From positions 32,001 through 96,000 of IMG/VR virus record IMGVR_UViG_3300045003_000080: a stretch of DNA of 64,000 nt; one strand, given 5' to 3'. Positions 48,406-56,378 of this stretch are shown in pieces. Below the pieces are notes generated by a model, which made no database searches, was not told the DNA's origin, and saw only the letters and a program-made list of their open reading frames with translations. Position 1 is the first letter of the stretch; every line of letters starts with the position of its first letter. The DNA comes from a virus. The position numbers were made by a program, and so were the translations under genes.

Positions 48406-48490
48406 GCCAAGCCGTGCCCGGCCATGCCCCGCCAAGCCGCGCCGCGCTCTGCCGAGCCCAGTCCTGCCACGCTGGGGCGGGCCCCGCCAC
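48406..48490 (-). repeat. 5-nt-period array B, 17 units (GGY-NN on minus strand); candidate guide RNA
   Basis: Plus strand gccaa gccgt gcccg gccat gcccc gccaa gccgc gccgc gctct gccga gccca gtcct gccac gctgg ggcgg gcccc gccac. Confidence 0.9.
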
Positions 48491-48511
48491 GTCGCGATCT
48501 AGTGCACTCAC

Positions 48512-48540
48512 ATTGTACTAACGTGCGTGGCCATGTTCAG
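48512..48540 (-). promoter_or_regulatory. Promoter candidate for array B
   Basis: Minus-strand TACAAT (48517-48512); CTGAAC 17 nt upstream. Confidence 0.55.
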
Positions 48541-49085
48541 ACCCTCTGATCAAAGCGTGTTTCAAGGCGTTCGAGCCGGGCCAGGATCTCGGTGCGTTCT
48601 TCGGCTGTGCGCTCGTTTTCGCCTCGGATCGCGGTGACTGCCGTTTCGAGGTTTCGCTGGCGGACGTCCAGGCTGCGAATGGCGTCAGCCTGACGCTGGA
48701 ATGCGGCAGCCACTACTTCCAGTAGGTTACGCACTCCCGGGTCGGCCCCCGTTAGGTCGACCCGGGTAGCGACTTCGTGTCCTTCGCGAACTGCAAGGGC
48801 GGCGCGGCCTTGTTGCTTGCGGGCGAGCCGTAGGTGACCTACCGCGTCGACGACGCGGTATCCCTTGTCACGTACAACCTCTATCGCGTGGTGGTCCTGT
48901 TGTAACAACTCCCGTTTGGCCCGGCGCATCGGCCCTTGGATCGTGGGCCGGTCCCGAATTGGGTCCACGCCCAGAGCATCCCCGAGCGCCTCGTAACTCA
49001 GCACCTCGTTGACAGGAGTCTCTCGCAGAAGGTCATAGATGATGCGCCAACGCGCCAGCTCCCCGGTGGCTTGGAACGGGGACAT
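48537..49085 (-). CDS. Winged-HTH plus coiled-coil protein, partner of RAMP-like gene
   Basis: TGATG coupling; LSYEALGDALG...VVRDKGYRVV. Confidence 0.8.
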   Translation of the reverse strand: MSPFQATGELARWRIIYDLLRETPVNEVLSYEALGDALGVDPIRDRPTIQGPMRRAKRELLQQDHHAIEVVRDKGYRVVDAVGHLRLARKQQGRAALAVREGHEVATRVDLTGADPGVRNLLEVVAAAFQRQADAIRSLDVRQRNLETAVTAIRGENERTAEERTEILARLERLETRFDQRV

Positions 49086-49675
49086 CACCGGTACTCGATT
49101 TCCGCCACGTAGGTGCCATTCTGTGGGCGCCAGTCGCCCAGTCCCACGTAAGCGCCAGCAGTGTCGGCGATGCGCTCGATTTCGTGCTTGTCAAGGACGG
49201 ACGGATCGAACTGGCCCTCGACGTCGGTCGCCCACTGCGAGAAGCGGGCGCGGCATCGAACGGTCCGTGCGCTGTTGACTTTCACCACCTTGACGAACCG
49301 GAAGTTCTCGTTTTCCCAGAGCTTTTCAGGGTCGCGCGACCCAGGGTACGAAATCGGGTTGACGACGGTGTTGATCAGAAGGCCCGCCTTGACCTTCTCG
49401 CCTAGCTTGTGTTTCTTCGCGCCGTCGTAGAGCGAGCGCCATATGTTTTCCCCCGGCAGGTATGGGCCAGCGTCCGGGTCAGTGTAGAGCGAGCCTAAGA
49501 ACTCAAGGTAGGCGATCTCCTCGTAGTTTTCCTCAGTCTTCGACCGCTTTGACGTGCGGGCTTTAAGCGCCTTCGCGGCCGGGTCGAGGGGGTTGGCGAG
49601 TCGGCCATTGTGCATCAGGAGCTGGCGCGTGCCTTCAATGTGGAGCGTGAATTTCTGCGTTTGGAATGTGTGCAT
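49085..49675 (-). CDS. Stand-alone Cas7/RAMP-like protein (196 aa)
   Basis: FTLHIEGTRQLLMHN, PYLPGENIWRSL (cf. Csm3/Cas7 PYIPGSSLKG), C-terminal Gly loop GLGDWRPQNGTY. Confidence 0.75.
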   Translation of the reverse strand: MHTFQTQKFTLHIEGTRQLLMHNGRLANPLDPAAKALKARTSKRSKTEENYEEIAYLEFLGSLYTDPDAGPYLPGENIWRSLYDGAKKHKLGEKVKAGLLINTVVNPISYPGSRDPEKLWENENFRFVKVVKVNSARTVRCRARFSQWATDVEGQFDPSVLDKHEIERIADTAGAYVGLGDWRPQNGTYVAEIEYR

Positions 49676-49703
49676 GGGTGAGCCATTCGTCGGGATTAGT
49701 GTT

Positions 49704-49808
49704 GCCCCGCCTTGCCAAGCCACGCTAAGCCGGACCTTGTTCTGCCAAGCCGAGCCTAGCCGTGCCTAACCTAGCCGGGCCGGGCGTTGCCTGGCCAGGC
49801 CGCGCCAG
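49704..49808 (-). repeat. 5-nt-period array A, 21 units (GGY-NN on minus strand); candidate guide RNA
   Basis: Plus strand gcccc gcctt gccaa gccac gctaa gccgg acctt gttct gccaa gccga gccta gccgt gccta accta gccgg gccgg gcgtt gcctg gccag gccgc gccag. Confidence 0.92.
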
Positions 49809-49839
49809 GTGCTGCCCACCAGAGCTGTGGGCTAGAAAG

Positions 49840-49868
49840 ACGATAGCGTGGACCGTTTGTTCATGCAA
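49840..49868 (-). promoter_or_regulatory. Promoter for array A and RAMP operon
   Basis: Minus-strand TTGCAT-N17-TATCGT. Confidence 0.6.
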
Positions 49869-49973
49869 ACACGTAGATAAATCATCTGATAATACAGCGC
49901 GATGTTGAGTAGAACGGCAATGCATTGTTTTGCTGGGTGGTGCGAGTGATCCACATGTGTTTACAATAAGCAC

Positions 49974-50171
49974 ATGGATACTATTGTCACGCGGCGCAGT
50001 GGCACTCCCGACGAAGCCGTCGAGGTCGCCATGTTCTCCGACGGTGTCGCTTTGCTCGACACGAAACAGGGCGGCTCGGGTGCGCTGTGGTTTAACCCCG
50101 CCACGTTCGCCCAGTTCGTCCGCGACGTTAAAGAAGGCAAATACGATCCGGTTCCGTCCGTTAATGGCTAA
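49974..50171 (+). CDS. DUF397 (BldB-like) protein
   Basis: RRS...VEVA...VALLDTK...L.F....F..FV..VK.G; ATG 6 nt after TACAAT. Confidence 0.8.
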   Translation: MDTIVTRRSGTPDEAVEVAMFSDGVALLDTKQGGSGALWFNPATFAQFVRDVKEGKYDPVPSVNG

Positions 50172-50219
50172 GGCGCCGTCCCACCCCCACGGGGGTCGGG
50201 GCGGCGCCTTTTTCGTTTT
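50170..50219 (+). terminator. Intrinsic terminator
   Basis: AAGGCGCCGTCCC...GGGGCGGCGCCTT followed by T-run. Confidence 0.8.
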
Positions 50220-50223
50220 CCCG

Positions 50224-50742
50224 CTAGTTCGCACCCACGGGCACGGCAACGCGCTTGGGGGACACGGGCCGGGTTGCCATGTAATGGGCGAAAACCCACA
50301 GGCCCATAGTGCCGATACTTCCGATCACGCCAGCCACCAGCCGATTGGGCGACGGGACGGCGAGGGTGTGGATGGGGTAGAGAAACTGGGCCGTGACGGA
50401 CAGGACAACGAAGGCCGCGTAGAGGATGTCCAACGTGATGGCGGCGCGGGCCCAGCCCGGACGCACCACGAGCATGCCGCTACGACGGGGAGCCCGTACG
50501 GCCTTGTCGACGAAGTCAAGGGGATCACGGCCCCCTCGCGCAGCACGAGCCCCCGTGTAGACGACAGCGAGCGCGGCGAAGCAAGCCAGTATTGCGAGCG
50601 GAGCCGCGAATATATGCTGGATCAGGCCCAAGGTCGCCGCGACAGCCATGAAGAGGTGCGCGTAAGCACACCAACGGTGCGGGCACATGCGGGTGGGGGA
50701 GTGGCGGTGCTCGGTGATGGTCAGCTCCCTTCCGGTCGGCAC
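50224..50742 (-). CDS. Membrane protein
   Basis: About four hydrophobic segments; start uncertain. Confidence 0.6.
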   Translation of the reverse strand: MPTGRELTITEHRHSPTRMCPHRWCAYAHLFMAVAATLGLIQHIFAAPLAILACFAALAVVYTGARAARGGRDPLDFVDKAVRAPRRSGMLVVRPGWARAAITLDILYAAFVVLSVTAQFLYPIHTLAVPSPNRLVAGVIGSIGTMGLWVFAHYMATRPVSPKRVAVPVGAN

Positions 50743-50758
50743 GCCTATTCGTCGTACT

Positions 50759-51172
50759 TTACCAGCGATCCCAGAGTGCTTGGTGTCGGTGGCGGCCTTC
50801 GGGTTCGAGTAGTTCGTCGAGGTCTTCGCCGGCGCGGTGGAGTTTGGCGGCGTCGCGGGTGTATTGGCGGGCTGCTGTGCGTAGGCCGCCTTCGAATTGG
50901 TTGGACCATGAGCGCCAGCCGCGTAGTCCTCCGTGTCCCCAGGTGTAGGGCCAGCCGCCCCAGTCGGGGGTGCGGTGGGCGAGGAGCTGGGGGACGCGTT
51001 TGCAGCCGGCGTAGTAGCGGAGGTCGTAGATGACGTTCGAGATGATCCGTTCGTCTTCAGCGAGCCCGTCGCTGTTGATGTTCTCGCCGCGCCGCCACCA
51101 GTAAGCGGGGCGGATGCGGGTGGTGCGGACGTTCCAGTGGTTGTATGGGGTGTGGTTGACGCTGCGTGCCAT
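50759..51172 (-). CDS. Hypothetical basic protein
   Basis: GAAAGGG RBS; RHRHQALWD C-terminus. Confidence 0.65.
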   Translation of the reverse strand: MARSVNHTPYNHWNVRTTRIRPAYWWRRGENINSDGLAEDERIISNVIYDLRYYAGCKRVPQLLAHRTPDWGGWPYTWGHGGLRGWRSWSNQFEGGLRTAARQYTRDAAKLHRAGEDLDELLEPEGRHRHQALWDRW

Positions 51173-51259
51173 GGTTGGCCCTTTCGGGGCGGCCGGTGTT
51201 TCCGGCTCGGCCCCTAAGGCGGGTGGCACTGTTTCATGTGAATCATCCTATAGTCATAC

Positions 51260-52195
51260 TCATGCGGCGAGGTGGGCCACGCCGTACGGACCACCGATCG
51301 CCGACGACAGGCCCGACCACAACCGACGCGGCCCGCCCACACTCGCTTCGGGGTACGACGCCGACACGTCGAACAAGTCGAGATCCAACACCACCCACGA
51401 ATCCATCGGGTCGTAATCCGGGTGGAACATCGGCTGATCGCAGTCCAACCCGATCACCCGCATCGTCGCGCCAGACGGGGCAAGCCGCACGTCCTGCTCG
51501 TATGGGTAGTGCAGATGCCCGTGAACGAGCAGCGTGGGCGTCACCAGGTCGGCGATCTGCTGAATCCGAACCTGGTTGCGGTAGCACTCCACCGGCTGCT
51601 TATACGTCCACCCGGGCGGCGTCGACCCGTCCGGCTTGTCGTGCGTCAAGAGCACGTCGACTCGGGTCCGGTCGCGCAGCACCCGCTCGAACTCCTCGTC
51701 GCTCGCCTCCTCCTCCGGGAACCACAACGTCCCGGACGCGTCGACGTTGACGTAGCGCAGCCCTGAGTTGCGCAGTTCGAGCGCGAGCTTGTGCGCCTGG
51801 TGTTCCTCGTCCAGGCGCATGAACTTGTCCACCGAATAGGCGCCACCGAACGCGAGGAACCGCTTGCTGCCCCACGTCCACCGGTGACCACGAGGCGCAT
51901 ACCGAAGGTTGGGGCGACAGATCAGGAACCCCTCACTGTCGACGCAGTCGCCGTACTTCTCCAGCACCAACGACGTCTTGTCGTGGTTGCCGTCCAAGAA
52001 AAACACGGTGACCCCGGCCGCCTTCGCGGCCCCGTCGACGTCGTCGAAGAATCTGACGCCCTTCGCGGCGTGCTCCCACGCGCCAAAGTCCCCGACGACG
52101 AACACGATCGAGATGCCGCGTTGAGCAGCCATCCGGATCAGGTACCGCACATGCTTGATGTTGCCGTGCGTGTCGCCGGCGAGCAGGATCCTCAC
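51260..52195 (-). CDS. Calcineurin-like metallophosphoesterase
   Basis: GDTHGN, GDFG, DGNHD, THD, HGHLH. Confidence 0.92.
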   Translation of the reverse strand: MRILLAGDTHGNIKHVRYLIRMAAQRGISIVFVVGDFGAWEHAAKGVRFFDDVDGAAKAAGVTVFFLDGNHDKTSLVLEKYGDCVDSEGFLICRPNLRYAPRGHRWTWGSKRFLAFGGAYSVDKFMRLDEEHQAHKLALELRNSGLRYVNVDASGTLWFPEEEASDEEFERVLRDRTRVDVLLTHDKPDGSTPPGWTYKQPVECYRNQVRIQQIADLVTPTLLVHGHLHYPYEQDVRLAPSGATMRVIGLDCDQPMFHPDYDPMDSWVVLDLDLFDVSASYPEASVGGPRRLWSGLSSAIGGPYGVAHLAA

Positions 52196-52419
52196 GACGG
52201 CCCCAACCCGAACGCCCGCACTCGGTCGCACGAGAGAAGACCAGCCGCGAGCAGGTCGTCGCGCACCCCCGCCATGTAGTCGGGCTCCACCGATTCGAGG
52301 TACGCGTACACCTCGTCCATCAACGTCTCAGGCACAGGCTCGCCCGGATGCTCAAGGTGGTGTTCGAGTAGCCGCATCAGCAGCCAGTTCGCGTCTACGC
52401 GGCGTGGACGGCGAGCCAT
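52192..52419 (-). CDS. Small hypothetical protein
   Basis: Overlaps both neighbours. Confidence 0.5.
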   Translation of the reverse strand: MARRPRRVDANWLLMRLLEHHLEHPGEPVPETLMDEVYAYLESVEPDYMAGVRDDLLAAGLLSCDRVRAFGLGPS

Positions 52420-53093
52420 TCCAGCCCCTTGTCGGTGATGGTGTAGTCATGGCGACGCGGCCCCCCGTTTGGGGTCAGCACGTCGCCGAACTCGCCCCGA
52501 AGCAGCCCGTGTCTGGCGAGCCGGTCCAGGACGTTCGCGAACGACGACGTCGGCCGGGAGTGCAACGCCGACGCCTCCGACACGCTCATCACGACCCCGA
52601 CCGGGTCGGCGAACGACGCGAGCGCTTCCCTCGCGATCGGGGTGAGCGGAAGATCAAGCACGCCGTGTTCACCCGGCCACCGGTACACCAGTTGCGGGCG
52701 CAGCAGCTGGGCGACACCGCCCGTGCCCACGGCGTAACGCCACGGGCGCCCGTCGCCTTCGACGCTCGTGGCTTCAATGAACCCCTTGAACGAACGGGTG
52801 GGGAACTCTTCGCCGATCTCGTTGAGCTGCTCCAGCATGCCGGGTGCGGCGTAGGGTTCGCTGGTGCGGGGGACCAGGGCGACGGCGTGGTTGTACACAA
52901 CCGGGCCGTTGCGGTTGCGGCCGGCTGTTTGACGCATCTGGAACACGACGTGGACGTCCGGGTCGTTCAAGGTCGCACGGAACCGGCTTTTGTCAATGCG
53001 TGGACGGGGAATCGGGGGGACGATCAGGATCGCGCTGCTGTGTAGCGCAGGCGCCAGCTCGACGTCCGGGAGGGTTTCACAACTCGTTGTCAT
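52395..53093 (-). CDS. Hypothetical protein with C-terminal wHTH-like segment
   Basis: LDRLARHGLL...YTITDKG. Confidence 0.55.
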   Translation of the reverse strand: MTTSCETLPDVELAPALHSSAILIVPPIPRPRIDKSRFRATLNDPDVHVVFQMRQTAGRNRNGPVVYNHAVALVPRTSEPYAAPGMLEQLNEIGEEFPTRSFKGFIEATSVEGDGRPWRYAVGTGGVAQLLRPQLVYRWPGEHGVLDLPLTPIAREALASFADPVGVVMSVSEASALHSRPTSSFANVLDRLARHGLLRGEFGDVLTPNGGPRRHDYTITDKGLEWLAVHAA

Positions 53094-53237
53094 GGCGGCT
53101 TCGGGAGAGAAGGGAATATGCGTAGGCGGCCCCGTGTGAGAGACAGCTGGGGCCGCCTACAGGGTTTCGCATCAGGAGCTGGCGCGTCATCGCAGCGCAC
53201 CGATTGAATATTACACTGGTACTTGCGTGTGTGCACG

Positions 53238-54245
53238 TCACGGGGGTGCGTGTACCCACGGGGCGGCGCCGGTGCGCCATGCGGCGAGCGCGTTCGGGTC
53301 GTCGGCGAGTGTCCAGTCGGCGCGTTTGCCCTGCGCAAGCCCGTAGTCGAAGTACACCACGCCGACAACACGTTTATCCGCGAGAGCACCGGCGAGCAGA
53401 GCCGCGACCCACGTTGCCTTTGACGGGCCCGGCTGCGCACCCGTTTCGACGATCAACACGTTGTCGTTGGTGAAACGGGCGATCTGCTGCTCGGTGCGCC
53501 CGAACAGGGTCGGCCACGAATCCTCACCCAGCCGCCCGGTCCAGTACCCGACCAGGCCCACCCACGTCACGTACGCGTCCCCGGGCCAGTACGGGGCGAG
53601 CGCCACATCAGGCACGGGGTTGATCACGTTCGGCGTCCACACCCAGATGACGTTGTTCGCGCCGACTTTGCCGAACAGGTCGTGGATGTGGCGCCACGCC
53701 GCGACGAACGCCTGGGGGGATTCGGCTTGGGTGCCCCAGGGCTGCCAGTTGCCGTTGAACTCGTGGGCGAAACTGACCACGACCGGGTCCCGGTAGGCGG
53801 CGACCGCGTCGGCGACCCGGGTCAGATACCCATCCTGGGTTCCGGACGCGATCGTTTCGAAACGCGTCTGGTCCGGATCCCAGTTCACCAGGGTCAGCGC
53901 CCCGTCCGCCTGGAACGTGTCGACTGACCAAATCGGGAACGGCTGCCCCCACCCCAGGTACAGTTCCGCGATCTGGGGCGACGTCCCTGTTTCCTGCGTG
54001 AACGTGGCGTACGGTCCCCACCCGGTGCCGGGTTCGGCGACCCCGAGCAGTCGGCGAAGCGGATGCGTCACGGTCGACGGGACCGGGGGCGCCGGCGAGA
54101 TCGTGGGCGGCAGCGACGTCCACGTCGACGCCCCGGGTACCCCGGGCGTGAGGGCCTGGTGGCTCAGGTAGTACAGCCATACGACCGTGACGACGCCGAA
54201 CACGGCGAGCACGGCGCCGACTGCTTTCTGTTTGCGTGTCGTCAT
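53238..54245 (-). CDS. Membrane-anchored GH26 glycoside hydrolase
   Basis: FAHEFNGNWQPWG, WVWTPN, YWPGDAYV, IVETG. Confidence 0.92.
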   Translation of the reverse strand: MTTRKQKAVGAVLAVFGVVTVVWLYYLSHQALTPGVPGASTWTSLPPTISPAPPVPSTVTHPLRRLLGVAEPGTGWGPYATFTQETGTSPQIAELYLGWGQPFPIWSVDTFQADGALTLVNWDPDQTRFETIASGTQDGYLTRVADAVAAYRDPVVVSFAHEFNGNWQPWGTQAESPQAFVAAWRHIHDLFGKVGANNVIWVWTPNVINPVPDVALAPYWPGDAYVTWVGLVGYWTGRLGEDSWPTLFGRTEQQIARFTNDNVLIVETGAQPGPSKATWVAALLAGALADKRVVGVVYFDYGLAQGKRADWTLADDPNALAAWRTGAAPWVHAPP

Positions 54246-56248
54246 GGCGTCGGGGAGGGTGGTGGGGGAGTGGTGGTGATCACGGGCGGGTTCGTGACTG
54301 TCGGTGCGGGGGTGGTGGGTATCGCGAGGGCAGTGGCGGTCGATGGGGATGTGGTGGGTGTCGTCGCGGGCGCGCTCGACGCTGCCGACGCCGGGTGGCT
54401 GCTGGGGCCCGGTTTCGCCGAGCGGGTGATCGGCGCCGCGACCAGCACCGGCGCTTTGCTGTAGGTGCTGGGTGACATGGACGGCAGGACCACGCGGGGT
54501 GCGGAGGTGGCTGCCAACGTCGGGGGTGCGATCTGTGCGACCTGGGGTACGGTCGGCAGCCCCGGCCCACGCCCGGTGAAGATCACCGCCAAGCCGATGG
54601 TCACGGCGACGACGAGGAACCCGGCCGCGACGACCGGCAACGGGGGCAGGTGGTAGCGGTGATCGTGTCGCGCCGAGCGCACGCGGGGGATCGTGGTCAC
54701 GGTGGTGTCGGTGGACGCCGGCAGGCGCATCGTGTCGGCCAGGCTGAATGCGGGCACTGGTTCAAGCGGGTTGGGGTGGGTGTCTTCCGGGTCGTCCGGT
54801 GGCGCTGTCCATGTGACCGACGCGAGAACCTCGCCCGGGATGGGCTTTCGGTGTTTGTCCATGCCGACTTCCACTTTCTTGCGCGTGCCCCAGTCGTTGT
54901 TGGCGCAGGTCAGCATCCCGTAGACGCGTAGCGGGCGCAGCACCAGCAGCGACCACAGCCACGAGAAGGGGGAGAGTAGGAACGTGTCGAGCTGGTAGAG
55001 AGGCGACTGATCCGAGCGCGCCACCAACAGCGAACGCACATTGCTCAGGTACGCGCTGAAGATCGCGGCCGAGAACGCCGACAGGCTCAGCCGCCCGTGC
55101 GTGGGCAGGTACAGGAACACGTATATATAGGCGGCGCTGGACACGGGCAACTGCCACCAGTTGATCAAGTTGATCCACCAGCCGTAGGAACGCACCGGCA
55201 GGTAGCGGGCCCGCCAGATCGACCGGATCGTGGAACCACGCATCCACCGGATCCACTGGCGCGTGATCGCGGACACGTTGTCGTGGTACTCGGTGAACTG
55301 GAACGCGCTCATCTGCTGGACGGCTTTGCCCCGCCCCAACGCGTACAACGTCAACAACGAATCGTCGGAGTAGCTGACCTCACGCCCCATGAACGTTTCA
55401 GCGACGTACGCGTCCACGGTTTCCCACAGAAGCTTGGCCCGGTAGCCGGCGAACGTGCCCCGATTGACCAGGACGTTGCCCCCGGTGACGTTCAGAGCGC
55501 AGCACTGCACCATCTGCCAGACCAACTGCCGCATCCCGTTGATCCGGGTGAGCACGTTCACGGCCTGGTTGCGGGCGAGTTCCACGCCCGCGACGGACTG
55601 CACGAGCCGGTCGTAGAACGGGATGAGAATCTGTTCGATCGCGCGCCGTTCCAGGACCGTGTCGGAGTCGAGGGTGAGCACGACCCCGTCGCGCACCGAG
55701 CGGAACGTCCACGCCTGCGCGGTGCGTTTCCCTTTCTGCGCCATCAGCACCCAGTTGAATTCGATGCGCCGACCCTTGAACTTCGGCTCCCAGAAGCTAC
55801 GTAGCTCCTCGTAGTTCGCGCCCCCGTCGGTGCACCCGTTGATGACGACGTCGACCCGGTTCGGGGGCCTGACCTGGTGGAACAGGGCGTACAGCACCCG
55901 GTCGACGATCTCGCGCGACTCGTTGAACAACGGGATGTTCACCGTGACCGGCAGTTTGTCGAGGTACTCGCGTTTGCGGGCGGTCATGGTGAACGGCCGG
56001 TCGAGCCACGCGAGGATCGTCTGGTGGGTCGCGGCGAGCATCAGCACGGTCCATAGCAGCGCCTGGTGGTCGTGTCCGTGCAGCGCGAGCAGATCCTGTC
56101 CGGCCCGGTATGTGAACCACAACACGATGATCAGCAGCGAGAGCCACATCGCGACCGGGACGCGGCGTCGGCGCAGCCGAGCGGTCGGGATCTTGTACCC
56201 GTCGGCGCTCAGCGCCGCTTCTTGGGTGAATGTCATCTGTGTCGTCAC
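54242..56248 (-). CDS. Processive GT2 glycosyltransferase (hyaluronan/chitin synthase-like) with Pro/Thr-rich tail
   Basis: IPLFNE, GKR, DSDT, SDDSLLT, QWIRW; multiple TMs. Confidence 0.92.
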   Translation of the reverse strand: MTTQMTFTQEAALSADGYKIPTARLRRRRVPVAMWLSLLIIVLWFTYRAGQDLLALHGHDHQALLWTVLMLAATHQTILAWLDRPFTMTARKREYLDKLPVTVNIPLFNESREIVDRVLYALFHQVRPPNRVDVVINGCTDGGANYEELRSFWEPKFKGRRIEFNWVLMAQKGKRTAQAWTFRSVRDGVVLTLDSDTVLERRAIEQILIPFYDRLVQSVAGVELARNQAVNVLTRINGMRQLVWQMVQCCALNVTGGNVLVNRGTFAGYRAKLLWETVDAYVAETFMGREVSYSDDSLLTLYALGRGKAVQQMSAFQFTEYHDNVSAITRQWIRWMRGSTIRSIWRARYLPVRSYGWWINLINWWQLPVSSAAYIYVFLYLPTHGRLSLSAFSAAIFSAYLSNVRSLLVARSDQSPLYQLDTFLLSPFSWLWSLLVLRPLRVYGMLTCANNDWGTRKKVEVGMDKHRKPIPGEVLASVTWTAPPDDPEDTHPNPLEPVPAFSLADTMRLPASTDTTVTTIPRVRSARHDHRYHLPPLPVVAAGFLVVAVTIGLAVIFTGRGPGLPTVPQVAQIAPPTLAATSAPRVVLPSMSPSTYSKAPVLVAAPITRSAKPGPSSHPASAASSAPATTPTTSPSTATALAIPTTPAPTVTNPPVITTTPPPPSPTP

Positions 56249-56378
56249 GTCTGCTCCAGTTCTTTACCGCGACGGAACCCGAACTTCGCGACGAGAGCGC
56301 CGACGACGCAGGACAGGAAACTGCCCCCCGCGACCAACACGTCTATCACCTGTTTGTGATTCAGGATCAGTGCCAGTT

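Noticed and set aside
48406-49808. Pentamer arrays as a CRISPR array, microsatellite or coding repeat
   Set aside because: There is no 25-45-nt repeat-spacer structure. NN differ unit to unit, unlike slippage repeats. A 5-nt period does not fit codons, and the overlapping ORFs (48074..48511, 48364..48549, 49725..50249) are low-complexity shadows.
3431-50182. 15-mer CTAAGGCGCCGTCCC at 3431 and 50168 as an att-like repeat
   Set aside because: One GC-rich 15-mer match is plausible by chance in 64 kb; the second copy is a terminator arm; no integrase is seen.
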